A stretch of 64,000 nt of DNA from Camelus ferus (lineage: Eukaryota), in assembly GCF_009834535.1 (NCBI RefSeq), contig NC_045696.1:52950001-53014000 (forward strand). Reading direction: 5' to 3'. Below, in pieces: positions 37,340 to 50,334 of the stretch; positions within the stretch are counted from its first letter, which is position 1; every line of letters begins with the position of its first letter. The notes beneath the pieces are model-generated. The model was given only the letters and a program-made list of their open reading frames with translations, was not told the origin of the DNA and did not search any database. The translations under genes were made by a program, and so were the position numbers.

Positions 37340-38302
37340 GGAGATGGAATTTTAAAAGACTGAATACCAAAAGGCCAATAAAGCCTCTTAGTTGATTAAA
37401 GAGACTCAGGGCAGAAATTATATTAAGTGTGGGCCTTCAAGGTAGCTACCGTTAAGTTTAAGGGCGAAGGCTATAGAGCTTAGAAAGCAAAAAGAACAAA
37501 ACATGTTTGAGCACTAGGTCCCCCAAAGAACATTAAGCATAGTTATTAGCACGTGTTGATGACTCGAAAAAAATAGATCAGAAACCTACTAAGATATTGA
37601 GGGAACTACATCACCAAAGAAATCATGAATGCAGGCTGAAAAAAAAACAGAATTTCTGGGGGGGGGGGAGGTAGCTTTAGAATTTGAATTTAATTGAGAA
37701 ATTGGCTGAAGAATGTCATTGTTAGAAACTTTTTAAAAACCTTGGGCCACCATGAGCAGAAGTTGAGCTGCAAAAGTTGTCTAGTCTCCAAGGAGAACAT
37801 ATTTCCAAATTCTCACTTCAGATTTCATCAAGAAAATGGTGGGTGAGTGATGGCCTCCCCTCTCCACTACAGGGCAGATTTAGGCGCCACTGAGAAAAAA
37901 GTGGGCAAGAACACAGAATCAGAGAGGCTCAACAACCACCAGGTTGGGGTGATGGGGCTTTTATAATTTAATACCCAGTGGAATTTTGGAATTGTGTTGG
38001 CCCTGTGACCAGTATGTATCTCCCATTCATTCCACTTCCCAGTGAAATGTTCATTGTAGTTATACTACCTCTGCTGCATCACTGTGTATCAGGGGTGCAC
38101 ATGATGGGAGAAGGGAGGAGACAGACAACTTATCTTTTTACTTTCTCACTTGTTGGACTTGGAGGAACAATATTTGGGCCTCATGAGGAAGACTGTGGAA
38201 TCTGAGGTGGATACAGTGACTAGGTTGTCTCCCTTAGGGAGGGGGTCGTGGTATTCTGCATGAAAAAAGAAGTCTATGACTACCTGGAGGCCAAAGGGCC
38301 AA
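37340..38302 (+). mobile_element. MaLR internal sequence (MLT1-int-like)
   Basis: 'cagtggaattttggaattgtgttggccctgtgaccagtatgtatctcccattc' and a purine-rich 'ggaggccaaagggccaac' sit immediately before an LTR starting TG. Confidence 0.6.
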
Positions 38303-38680
38303 CTGTGGCAGAGGAAATGCTTTGTGTTTACTGTATCTCATTTCATTTGCTTCTTCCTGGGCACAAATGAGACCACATTTTTAGCCTTCTCTGCTGTTAG
38401 GTAGGGCTGAAGGAGGGTGTTCTGACTGATGAATTGTGAATGGAAGTGAAGTTTGCTTCTTCTGGGCTGAGGCAGTTATGAGCTAGTAGCCTACCCTGTT
38501 TTCTCCTCCTTCCCCCATCACAGTGATTTGCAGGCCATGTTTTAGGATGGCAGAGACACAAGGTGGAGAAGAATCATACACATAGGACTGTAATGTGAGG
38601 GAGGAATGCATTTTTAATGGGTTAAGCTACCGAGATTTCAGGGACTAGAGTTGCAGCTAGGGTTAATTCTGACTGATTTA
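38303..38680 (+). mobile_element. Old MLT1 LTR (MLT1I/J-like), 3' LTR of the preceding internal segment
   Basis: 'tgtggcagag...cttcctgggcaca...cacatttttagccttctctgctgttaggtagggc...ttctgactgatgaattgtgaatggaagtga...gttaagctaccgagatttcaggg'. Confidence 0.8.
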
Positions 38681-41600
38681 GATTCCTTTCTCCTCTCTTC
38701 TCCTCCCAACATAAGAATAGTAAAAATGCCTACTAAATAAATAATATTACTAGGATCAACATCCTCAAAGTCTAGGAAATATTAATCATATAGAAAATAG
38801 TTTTACAATGTTTCACTTATATAAAGATTTCTTGGATGATTTATGAATCATGTTTATGCTATCATAAGACTATGTATTAGTACCCATTTTATCTGTATAT
38901 CAAGTTCTGCATCACACCTACAAATGATATTTTGGACATGAGACCTTTAATATATTTTGCAATCAGGAGAAACTGAATACAGAGCTTCTTTCTATTTAAA
39001 CAATTACATGGAAAGGCTCCCCTATCACTGCGTATGTAAAAATCTTTAAACCCTTGAAAGTCTTCCAGCAAGCCAGAACTTGTACTTTCCTTCTTAGCTT
39101 TTCTGGATATAAGGGCAATATAAAATGGTGTCTGTAATTTTTCTAGAGCCAAATATGTATTTCTAATCACTCTCTACTCGGATGACTTCTGTTCTGACCA
39201 TGTCTATATTGTCCCTTCTCCTCTACAAATATGAGAAGATCCATCTCATCAAAAAGCTTTCTAACTACAAGGAAACCAGATAAATGTAAATCACTACATT
39301 GGGTAACTTCTTTATTTCCTGAATTTAGTGTTAACAAAATTACATTGAAATTTCACTTTGAATGCTCCCGAATATTACATGGATAACTTAGTTTCATTCT
39401 GAGCTGTTTGTTATATTTCCCTTAAAATGACAGAGTTGATTCTTTTTTATAGCATTTAATTTGGTTCCATGCACATGCGGAAACAACAAACATACCTACA
39501 AGAGTAGAGCAAGGCAACAAGTGCTCTCCTAAGTGTGGTTCTGGAACAAGATAAATATTGGTGATCAAAGCAGAGAATAGAATTAGCCCTACCATGAGCC
39601 ATTCTCGATAGTGATTAACTGTGGGTGGATTTAGCATGAACCCTTTAGAAAGAACATAATCTTCAAAATTGGAGAACTATGCATTTAAATATATATTAGC
39701 TTCTTTATATAGTTTTCTGGTTTTCTTTCATCTAAATTAGGAAAACAATATTTCCTATTATCAACATGGCTTATATTGTGTAAACTTGGAGTTGATAAGG
39801 GTTCTTGTAGTCGAATTACAAAAAAAAATGTCATCCAGATATCCTGGCTTATTTTCATCAACATCATCTACCTTGTTTTCTTTCCTATGTTGTTATGACA
39901 GTCTAAAAGCATGCTTGAAAACAATTAAAAGTCTTTCACCCTTCAGGATGTTTTGATTCCCTTTTTCTTGCAGTTTCCCCTTCTCTCCAATAAAACTACA
40001 GCATTTCTCTAAATGAGAGGAGCACAGTGACATCAAACACTGACAATTCATTTCTTAAAGGGCATTCAATTTTCACACTAAATGAGTTGTTCTGAGGATG
40101 AGAGCACAGTTCAAGTTATGTGGTAAATAGAGCTGAAGAAAATAAAAGAAATACATAGGGAGAGAAAAGAAGAAAAAAAGGAAAAAGTGAATAGGTTGTG
40201 TTCTGTGTTCGATACAAATAGAGAAAATAAATGCTGGCTACATTCTTGGTGATTTTCTGTTTCAAGGAAACCACCACCACCACAATTCTAATTTTCATCA
40301 TACTTCATACAACATATCCGGCAAGAACTTCTTTCCAAGAAGATATTGGTAATTTGACAAATATCACTATTCAATAAATAGTATAAACAGTTTGTACTAA
40401 TGACAAAGCTTGATGCTACAGATGAATCTTGATACTGGACACTACATTAGTATTATACCTGGCTACCAACATCCAAAAGTACACATAAATCTTGTCTGAG
40501 CTCTTTCTCTATGCTCTTTATCCATCTGTCAATAACTGAAAAGTATTCTATCAAGAAATTAGATTCATTTAATCCTTCTCCTTTACAGTGCTAAAGAAAA
40601 AAATCCTTGACTATGTGCTGGGATTTCTGGGTGCAGCCTGGTATATCCTTACTGTCAGTGACCCAGGCATATCGTGCAAGGGTTTGTAGCGTGTTTATTT
40701 CCGGGAGGGAACCCCTGTCTTTCTGGCAATGTATTTTGACACCAGAGTTATTTTCTTCAATTCTTAGATGTAAGACAGACTGGATAGGACAGATTATTTC
40801 ATAGTCCTGATTTTTAGCAGTTAATATTAGTAATGATAAGTGGATCATTACTACAAATCTAGGCTGAGAACTCAACTTGGAGCAAGGTAGAGTGACTCAG
40901 AATAAATCCAAGTATCAGATAGAGGAATCTGATATTTAGCAAAATGATCAAAAAGAGTATTTGATACGTCATTCAGGGCTATAATGTAAATGGAGAGAAG
41001 TCCTTGAGTAGGATGGACATTTAGGATCAGTGTTAAGATCTGGAGAGGTATCTGAACTGAGTGTGTTGATATGATGCACAAAGAGGTTTGCGTGAAGATC
41101 AAGAGAGTCTAGGTCCTAAGCAGCTTCCACACAGGTGACAGTGGTTTTAAAAAACATCCCTTTTTTGATTCCTCCTTGAAACATAATCCAGTCTGTGAGG
41201 TAGAAATCTCCTTACACTTGAGTCTTATTTGTCATAATTATGCATCTTTAGGGTTTCATAATGACCAATTTAATCACTTTGCCGTTTAGAGGACTATAAC
41301 AGCCAATCATGATAATAGGTTTGGTATTTGGTAGGAACCATTTAACGCCCAAGAGCCCTTATTCTGAGCCTCTTGATGCTACTTCAACTTGACAGGCAGC
41401 TTTTGATTAGCACACGTTGCAAAACCTTTGGTAAAATGCTCATTTCTTTTAAATAAACTCTGTGACCTAGTAGTAGGCATGTTGTCTTGCAAACAAGGTC
41501 ACCATGAGAGACAAGTTTTCTCCAAAATGTTTATTCTCTTCCTACTCATCCATTGTAACAGTCTGAATACACTAATCAGCTTCTACTTTCTCAGGAATTC

Positions 41601-41779
41601 CACCTGTAGCTTGGTTCTGCCTGGCTGCTGATCATGCTCCAGGACTTCTACAACAGGCCCCATCATTGTCATTGAGTGATAATGGGAAAGACAGTGTGCA
41701 CGCAAACCTTACCAAAGGAATCTTCCAATAACTTGTCACACTAAAATGATGAGAAACAGCAGGAAATCTCAGGGCATTT

Positions 41780-41960
41780 GTTCTCCACCTTCAGGGGCCA
41801 TAAGGTACACCCAGAGAGTATGCTTTAAATGTAGACTCTCGGGGCTTATCCTCTGAGGCTCTTATATATTATGTCCAAGATGGCCCTAAGAAACTCCATT
41901 TAACATGCATCCAGGTGATCTTCATACAAGTAGGCCTGAATCACATCTTGAGAAATATTG
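41780..41960. mobile_element. MER5-family MITE
   Basis: 'cacccagagagtatgctttaaatgtagactctcgggg...tttaacatgcatccaggtgatctt...cacatcttgagaaatattg'. Confidence 0.7.
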
Positions 41961-42239
41961 TAAAGCCAATTATTGGTAAACTGGCTACTGTAGGTAAGGA
42001 TATCTCAGCATTTTATCTAAATAAATTGATAAAAATAGTTTTCTTTAAAATTTCCTTTTCTGCCTATGCCTCCATTTCCTAACTAAATAATTACTTTTCT
42101 AAATTATTTTGTAAATGAATGTTTGAGTGCATTTATTTCCTTAGAAAAAAAAGAAGGTTAAAAAAATACAGAGCTTTTGTGTTTACATTTAAAAATGAAG
42201 AGAGATTAGACTTTGGAAGGCTTTGCCAAGGTTATAATT

Positions 42240-42465
42240 CACAATAGAGTGAGATAAGATGTGGGTTCAAGTACCATCTATGGCACTTATTAAATTTTAG
42301 TTGACCTTCTAATCTTCAGTATCCTCATCTGTAAAATAGGAATCATGATATATATCCTATAGAACTCCATAAAAATTAAACACAATTATATATGTATATA
42401 TACATGTAAAGTATACATATATATGTATGTATGTGTGTAACTTAGCAAAGTACTTGACCCAGAGT
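42240..42465 (+). mobile_element. MIR SINE
   Basis: 'gtgggttcaagtaccatcta...cttcagtatcctcatctgtaaaataggaatcatgata'. Confidence 0.8.
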
Positions 42466-43849
42466 AATCTTGTATCTTCATTGCAATCATTAAGGGACTA
42501 GAAAGAAATGTTAACATCTTTGAATGCCTTTATCTACCTAGGAAAATTAAAAAGTGGCTTCTAACCAATCTCTCTAAGCAAGCCTCCTAGTCTTTCTTAG
42601 AAGTAAAAAGAGCAATAAACCAGAGGAGAAAAAAGTGCCACTTAAAGACGGACAGGCTGCAACTCTGGAAGGAATGCCACTGGATGGCATTGCATGTGGC
42701 TAAATGTGCTGAGATTGGCGGGGGCCCAGTGGCACCGCCAGAAGCTCAGATGGCAGGAATAGGGCGGTGCAGCGCTTCAGGGTAAAGCAGATCATCTGGA
42801 ACTGTCTCCTTTTCCCCACCCATGTTTGCTCTTGCATATGCTACCAGATTTTTTTTTTCTTCTCACAAATAGCCCCGTGTCTTGTTCTGAAAAGGGACAG
42901 GTGGATAATATAGCTGCAGGAACTAAGTTATTTTCTTCGCCATCAGTACAGTTTGGGAAGAAAATGTGCAGCACACACAATTTTGTTATGACATACTTCA
43001 CAAAGTGTGTTAGCTGAAGAATAATACTTTTGGTTTGTTTTTCCCAGATTAGATGTCCCCATCCCCCAGCTCCAACTCTGCACCAGCAGCCGTCTAGTGT
43101 GACACAGATGGGGACCCGATCAAAATGGCTGCCTAAGCCCTCATTTGCAACGACAGCTGTAGTTAATGAGGGCCAGAAGGTGGGTGCAGGCGATGGAGTG
43201 ATGATTCACAGAATTGCAACTCTTCCTGGGGTCAGAACTCTTTTCTGCTGCAGTGACTGCTGGTCTTCTTGCTCTATGGTTTTGAAGATAGATGTTTGGG
43301 TTCCTGCAAGTGTGTGGGATGATCAAAGACACCCCCTTTCCTCTATTATCAGGATTAAAGTCAGCATGCCAAGCAGACGATGACGCAGAGTGGATGTGGT
43401 CATCTGAAACCTTAGAGAAGCATTTTCTCATAGAATGCGAATAAATACTGAAGGATTTATTTTGTAAAATGTTTTCTTCATAGAAAACTTTGCAAAAAAT
43501 GCATTTATTTTATGTACTGATGGCCCTTCCTTTGTGGAAGTTTATGACATGATGACATAATTCATAAAGATGACTAAAGGGTAACAATGGGATAACTTGA
43601 AGTAAAAGTAAATTTATAGCAAGTCACTGCTGTCTTGAGATGGATAATTAAGAGGTTGCCTTGACGTGACTACTCATAAATTTATCTGCCGCCTGGATTA
43701 ATGCTGTGTGTCAGGTTACCACTGACCTCCTGCAGGGCTCTCTGCCTTTTCAGTCACAGGACTTTGAGAACTTGGTGGCGCCCTCTTTCCTGCTTCTTTT
43801 CCTCTCTATCCCTGGATGACGCTTGTTGTATGAAGGGTGACGATTCCTC

Positions 43850-44030
43850 CAGCACTTGGTTTCAGGTTTCTAAAGCTTGATACGCAAATATCTGGCCTCA
43901 AAGCTATGAACGTCTCAGTGTTTTATCCTATAAGCAGGGAATAATTTTACATTTCCCCTGCACACCATATAGGGTTATTCTTATTATTTATAAGTTAACA
44001 TTTGTAAAGCACAGAGATTCTTGAAACAAA
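43850..44030 (+). mobile_element. MIR fragment
   Basis: 'gtctcagtgttttatcctataagcagggaataat...catttgtaaagcac'. Confidence 0.55.
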
Positions 44031-45334
44031 ATGATAAATAAATGTTTAGAAAAAGAAACAAACAACAACTCCCTAAATTTATCCAGTGACAGTTTGAATA
44101 TGTGGCATAAACCTGGGCTCAGCTCCACTGTAAAATCCAATACATCCTTTTGACAGCCTTGAAAATGTTAGGAAAAATTCATATTTTGTTTTTCTTTTCA
44201 ACTGCTGTGTTACCTATGGACATGAACTCCTCTGATCTGTGGTACACCTAGGAGATGTAGGGAATTTAGCATTCCATAAAAGAATCAATTCCTCAAAATT
44301 TCTGACTATATTGCACAGGTTCAGATCATCTGATTAACATTTAATGATTATGTAAACTAAATTCACCTATTCCTCTATTGAAATTTGCTCATGACTTATC
44401 TCTTAAAAGTTTTCTAAGTCATGACACTTCGTGCTAATTTAAGTTTTTATTTTCATGACTATTCTCTCTGTGTTCCTAAAGGAACAGACTTTATTTTTCA
44501 TTACAAAGATTAATATACATTTTTTTTAACCTGTTGCCTGGAAGATTGTGACACTTCTGCCATGGTGACATTTTTAAATTTTTTAATGTAAAAAATGAGG
44601 TATCTTTGTAAAATGTAAAATAATCACATTTCTCCCATAATTTTACCTTTTCTTATTTGTATGCAATATTTTTACTCCTGACGAATGAATGAATCAAAGC
44701 AAGAATGTTGATTTATCTCAACCAAGGCATGTTATACTTGAAAAGAACAGTGTGGATGGGTCACATGAGTGGAAACTCTTAGAAAAAAATACAGAGATTG
44801 TCTTCCAGGTTTGAGTTCTGTTTTGAGAATCTAAAAATTATGAGCTCAAGTCCCAAAGTTTCCATATGGAGGAAGTTGGGACAAATGAACTTTCATTGTT
44901 GTTTTTCCTCCCACCCTTGTGATATGAACCTGGCCTTTGGAAATGACCAGTGGCAACTCAGCATTGCAGTAGTGACGATAACAATCAGGAGAGTGACTTC
45001 CAGGATGTCAAAGTGACTTCACCTCCCCAGATCTCCTGTTCTTAATGGTGGCACATTACCTTTGATTTCAAGGAAAATCTTCAGGGAATTGATGTTTTCT
45101 TTAAACTTTTGCCTCAAGAATTTCAGGATCATTGCCTTATTATAATACTTCAACAATAAAACACATCTACTAAGATTGCATGTAACAGGGATAGATTCAA
45201 AGTCCTTTCCCTGACATTAAGAAACAATGATGTAAATTCAAGATGGGAAATAGATGGCTCATTAGACTTGTGTGTGAGACCATTCACAAGCTTTTCATTT
45301 GACTGTGATCTCACAGACACTGGTGTGGCCGTAG

Positions 45335-45336
<2 letters not shown>

Positions 45337-45365
<29 letters not shown>
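45337..45365. repeat. Poly(A)29 tract
   Basis: Read directly. Confidence 0.97.
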
Positions 45366-45367
<2 letters not shown>

Positions 45368-45742
45368 CCACCAAATTAATTATCTTGAGGTTAAATTCCT
45401 ATAGGATTTTACTTACCCTTTCTTTATTCATTTCTCATTTTACTGTAATTTTCTCAGGAAAGGTCATTTCCTCATCACTCCTTAGGCTTCCTTCAATTTT
45501 CAAGAAAAAACAAACTAGGTCTATTCAACCTCCAGGTCAGGATAGATTGGATTCCTGGTAGAGTCATGCTCCAGGCCTTCCTCCCCATCTCCCATCCTCA
45601 GACATAAAACCAAAGACCGGATTCCTGGTCTCTTTCTAGCAGGACAGAGGAGAAGTGGGTCTGCTGGCAAGATCCATGTGTAGGCTGGGGAGTAAGCACC
45701 TCCCTGGGGGGTCACAGGTGTTAGTTAACCTGTTACCTAGTC

Positions 45743-45880
45743 TAGTGGAACTCACACTTTTGTGTGTATAGAAATCACAAGGAAAGCTTGTTAAAATTCC
45801 TGGACCCCACACTCAAGAGATTGTTTCCGTAAGTCTGAAGTGAGGCTTAGAATTTATATTTTTAAAAATATATAACCAAG
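45743..45880. mobile_element. MER5A-like MITE
   Basis: 'agaaatcacaaggaaagcttgttaaaattcctggaccccacactcaagagatt...gtaagtctgaagtgaggcttagaatttatattttt'. Confidence 0.75.
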
Positions 45881-46248
45881 AAGATTTAGTGTGTTCATTC
45901 ATTTGCTAATTAATTCAACATACATTTTTGAGCAGTAAATATGCCCTGGGCACCCGTCTAGGATACAGCAGCATCACTGAGGACATAACTGTGAACAAGA
46001 TGGACAAAGAGCACATCATCGCGGGATTTATATTCTACTGTAGGGCTACAGATTTAAAATCTCATAAATAAGCAAATAATAAACTTTCAAACAGTGACAG
46101 TGCTACCAAGGAAAAAAAAAAAAAAGCACAGTGACAAAATTGTAGCAGAGTGTGTGCTATTTAAGCTAAGGTGATCCGAAAACAGCTTTCCATACATGCT
46201 GTATTTGAACTGAGGACTCAGTGATTAAAAAAAAAAAGCAAGTGTGCA

Positions 46249-46252
<4 letters not shown>

Positions 46253-46280
<28 letters not shown>
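46253..46280. repeat. (TG)14 microsatellite
   Basis: Read directly. Confidence 0.97.
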
Positions 46281-46380
46281 ATGAGTATGAGGCATAGAAT
46301 GTACAGCAAGTGCAAAGGCCCTTGAGGTAGGAAGAGCCTTAGTGATCCTGAGTAACAGATAGCAGGTCATTATGGTAGAG

Positions 46381-46594
46381 CAGGGTTTCTCAAAAGTAGA
46401 ACTACTGATAGTTTGATTTACACAATTCTTTGTTGTGTGGGGATTCCCTGTGCACTGTACGATTTCAGTAGCATCCCTGGCCTCTACCCACTAGATATCA
46501 GTTATACCCACTCAGTTGTGACAACTAAAAATATCTCTAGCCATTGTCAAATGTCCCCTGGGAGGCAAAAATCACCCCTAGTTGAGAACCACCA
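46381..46594 (-). mobile_element. MER20 hAT-Charlie MITE, full length
   Basis: TIRs 'cagggtttctcaa' and 'ttgagaaccacca'. Core 'gcatccctggcctctacccactagat...agttgtgacaactaaaaat...aaatgtcccctgggaggcaaaaatc'. Degenerate 8 bp TSD TGGTAGAG/TAGCAGAG. Confidence 0.9.
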
Positions 46595-46969
46595 TAGCAG
46601 AGCTAGTGGGAGAAGGAGAGTGGTAGGAGAGGGGGTGATGAAGCAGAGAAAGGCTAAATCACATAGAACTGGATAATCCATAATCCCTGGATCTTATTCC
46701 AAGAGAGTCTGGAAGTCATTGGAGGGCTTTAATTAGGATTGGGGGAGTGATATAATCAATTTATGTTTTCCAAAGGACACTCTGATGGTAGGTGGGGAAT
46801 AGAGAAGGTAGAAAGTGGAAGCTGTGACTACTGAAGAAGTACAGCAGACAGATGGTGGGATTGAAATTGTGTTTAGCATCAAGGATGGTAAGAAGACATT
46901 GGATTCAGAAAGCATACTGGAAGGAGCCCTAGGAGAACTTTGGGTTGGTGGTAAACCACACTTGGAGAA

Positions 46970-47142
46970 ACAACATTCTTGACCTTTGCTGCTCAAAATG
47001 GGATCCACAGATTCCCATGGGCTTCACCTGGGAACTCAGATGTACCACCCCAGGCCCTACCCAAGACATGCTGAGTCAGAATCTACATTTTAGTAAAATC
47101 CCCTGGTGATTGCTCTGTATGTCAAAGTCTGAGAAACCAGCT
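46970..47142. mobile_element. MER5A-like MITE
   Basis: 'tgctgctcaaaatgggatcc...caggccctacccaagacatgctgagtcagaatctacattttagtaaaatcccctggtgatt...aaagtctgagaaacc'. Confidence 0.85.
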
Positions 47143-48391
47143 CTAGGCTAGCTTCACATTTTATTTATAAGAAGAGAGATGCTTTGAGAGGAAGAGTGGT
47201 CTCAGTTGACAGAGAGAGTCAGGGGCAGTCAGAAGCAAAACCCACTTTTCCCATCTCCTGGTTCTGGGTCCTCTCCAGCAGCCTCTTGGTAGGATAATCT
47301 CCTGCTAGAGTCCTTTCTTAGCCAGAAATTGCATAGAACTTAATTCTCATAGATCAAGAAAAAGTCACCCTTCAAAAAATAAAAGATTGAAATTCCTCCA
47401 GGGAAGAAGAACGACAGACCCATGGTATCAATTTAAAGCAAGAAAGCGTTTAAAAACCAATTACCAAGCTGTGTTGCTGCTGCTCACAGGGCTGGCATCT
47501 TTTCCCTGCTCAGAGTGTTAACATTGCGAATACAAAACAAATCCCTTGAAAAATGATGCCAGGATTGGAGTGTGGGCATTGATGATGTGGCTTTGAGATC
47601 AGACCCTGCTCAGAGAGCTGTTCAGCTGGTGTATTGGGTGACGGGAATCTTCCAGATCACAGGCGGCAGAATTTGCAACTTGAACCATGTTTCTTTTCCC
47701 TCCATGTCAGTTTGTGTTCCCTTGGTCTTTGTCATCCTCTTCTCTTGCTAGCCCAGACTGGCCACTTCCTCATCCCCAAGGGAAATGGACCATTTGTCAA
47801 ATTCTCTTCTCCTCAAAACCTAAAGCGCAAAACAACTACTGTCCCTTTTGGCAGCTCCTGCAGAGCTAATATGCTGTGCTTATCCCAATACGTGAGCCCC
47901 ATCATATCACAAAGTAGAGGGCCTGCTTTTCCGGATGAGCTTGAGGCAAAAGAAGGATAAGAAAAGTAATTCAAATCCTCAAGGCTGCCTTTCATTTGAC
48001 AAGAGACAGATCTCTATCTCTAAGTCTTCGGAGTGTGAGGGCAGCCCTGCCTCCTTGGAAACCTGGGTATGATTTGGTGAACCCCTTCTGCAGAGGGGCT
48101 TTTCCGATTTCCTGGATTTAGCAGGTTTATAAAGGGTAGAACACAGTATGAACACCGTGGTTGGTGGGCAGAGAGATGACCACAGGCTCCCATGGGAAGG
48201 AGGACAAACTTGAGTGCCTTTTGAGGGCTGGATGTGATACCCGTACCTCTCTGCAGGGGTCTGGCCCCCGAAGCACACAGCTTCTGTCATGGCACGCTGA
48301 CTTCTGCTACGAGCAGGTCCTGACAGGGACATGTGGAGTTCCCCAGTGCTTCTCCCTAGAAAATGAAGCCGGGCAGTGATGCAGGGGTGTG

Positions 48392-48392
<1 letters not shown>

Positions 48393-48438
<46 letters not shown>
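48393..48438. repeat. (TG)23 microsatellite
   Basis: Read directly. Confidence 0.98.
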
Positions 48439-48441
<3 letters not shown>

Positions 48442-48639
48442 GGAAGAGACAAAAAAGGAAAAAGAAGAGATTAAATCATGGTTCTGAACACTCAGATATT
48501 TACACAGTATAGAGGGAAAAGAGAGTAGGATTTGAGTCAGATTTTCCTTCTGTGATTGGGGACTTTGCCTAAGTCATTTTATGCCCTGGTTTTGTTTCTG
48601 TCTCCACCCACTGAGAAGAGCAGAAATCTGTGATTTGTA

Positions 48640-48875
48640 GATTCCTCAGTAAATGCCCAGCCCTATTCTAGAGCAGGTTGTAAGTGCCACTCACTCTATA
48701 CTCACAATAACCAGCCAAGACAGGGACCATTCTTCCTTTTTTTGCAGATGAGGAAACTGAGGCTTGAGAAGGTTAAGTAAACTTTTTCCACACCTCAGAC
48801 AGGGTTAATGGGGCCAGGACTCCACCCCGGGCTGTGTGACTACAGTTACCATGCATCAGCACCAAGCCTCCTCAA
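48640..48875 (-). mobile_element. MIR SINE
   Basis: 'ttttgcagatgaggaaactgaggcttgagaaggttaagtaa' is a near-consensus MIR core. Confidence 0.9.
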
Positions 48876-49830
48876 ACCATGATGCCCACCTCGCCCTACG
48901 TACGTCTGGGGTCAGCTGAAGCACAGGCGGGAAAGCATCAGTGTTAGCTGCCGTCATTCAAATAATTCAATATTAACTTACTTAGTCATTGAGTATGTGC
49001 TGTGAACTTGGCTCTATTCTACATAGTACAGTTAGCCATCACACATGGAGAAGGGGAGTGAGAAAAGAAGCTATTGGCTCCTCCCTCAAGTAACTTACAT
49101 TTTATCAAGTGTTGGGAAGAAAAGTAGTGTATCCATATAGCAGGTTCATGACACCAGAAATCAAGGACATCCCACACGCTCACCAAGTGAAACTAAAACA
49201 AAGCAATGGCTTATGCAACTGCTGTTCTAGTGGACGTCATTGATGGTGAGTTCTAGCACCAGCATTTAAAAGTAGCTCTTGATAGTCACCGCAAAACCCT
49301 TCTATCTCTCATCCTCTCTCTCTCCAGGAAATTTCAAGGCAAACACCTGATACTGGTATTTTAATTCTGAGATAGTATGCAGTATTCCCAATGCTGCAGT
49401 TTAACAGATATAGTCTAGGCACTACATCATACTAAATGATGGTTTATCCAGTGTTCATCACGTGGAAATGCTACTACTCGCAGTTGCTTCTGCGCTTCAG
49501 TGGTACAATGATAATTGATGTTCACAACGATTACCCTGAGGCTGTGCAAGTTCCTAAAATGCTTTGTAGATCATAAAGGGAAGAAAAGATGAAAAGAAAG
49601 GGGAAAAAATGAAGTTTCCATTGGCATATTTTTGCATTATATTTTATCACAATAAAATTCTTTGAATATCAGTAACCAGTAATAAAACACACGATAATAT
49701 CATGGATCCCAGCACCTCAATTCCCCACTATGCTGAAACAGGTAATTCTGTGCAGACATATGTTTAGTATCTTTTTTGCACCCTAAAACCCTGCATGTCT
49801 GGCTATGAACAACTGTAAAGGGTCACTCCA

Positions 49831-50334
49831 TGCATTAGTGTCCTAATACTGCTATAACAAACTGCCACAAGTTTAGTGCCTGGAAACAATAAGCCATTTC
49901 TAGAGGTAAGAAGTCTCAAATGGGTCTCACTGGGCTTAAAACCAAAGTGTCAGTAGAGCTTTGTTCCTTCTGGAGACGTTAGGGCAAAATCTGTTTCCTT
50001 GCCTTTCCTAGCTTCTAGAAGCTGCCTGCATTCCTTGGCTCATGGCCCCTTCCTCTATCTCCATGCCAGCAGTGTAGTATTTCCAAATTTCACTCTCTGT
50101 CTACAATCACTGCTCTTGTCATCACATCTTCTTCACTCTCACCCTCCTGCTTCCCTCTGATAAGGACCTCTATGATTACATTCGATCTGCACAGATAACC
50201 CAGACGAATCTCCCCATCTCAAGATTGTAACTTAATCACACCTGCAAAGTCCCTTTGGCTAATTACAATAACATATTCACAGATTCTGAAAATTACAATA
50301 TAGCTATGGGGGCAGCATTATTCTGTCTACCACA
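49831..50334 (-). mobile_element. MLT1D-like MaLR solo LTR
   Basis: 'tgcattagtgtcctaatactgctataacaaactgccacaa...agcttctagaagctgcctgcattccttggctcatggcccc...cttaatcacacctgcaaagtccctttg...cattattctgtctaccaca'. Confidence 0.9.

Larger units (their letters stand above)
45893..46930 (-). mobile_element. L2 LINE 3' portion, interrupted by (TG)14 and MER20
   Basis: 'gttcattcatttg...ttcaacatacatttttgagcagtaaatatgccctgggcacc...acagcaagtgcaaaggcccttgaggtaggaagagcct...ggaagtcattggagggctttaa'. Confidence 0.85.

Noticed and set aside
30092..42603. Recurrent TTCTTAGAA STAT5-type sites (about 30092, 33382, 42594)
   Set aside because: TTCNNNGAA is expected many times by chance in AT-rich 64 kb and these sites are not clustered.
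47979..48452. 157 aa minus-strand ORF, the longest in the track
   Set aside because: Its N-terminus is the (TG)23 microsatellite read as THTH; there is no ATG at the listed start and no recognisable domain.
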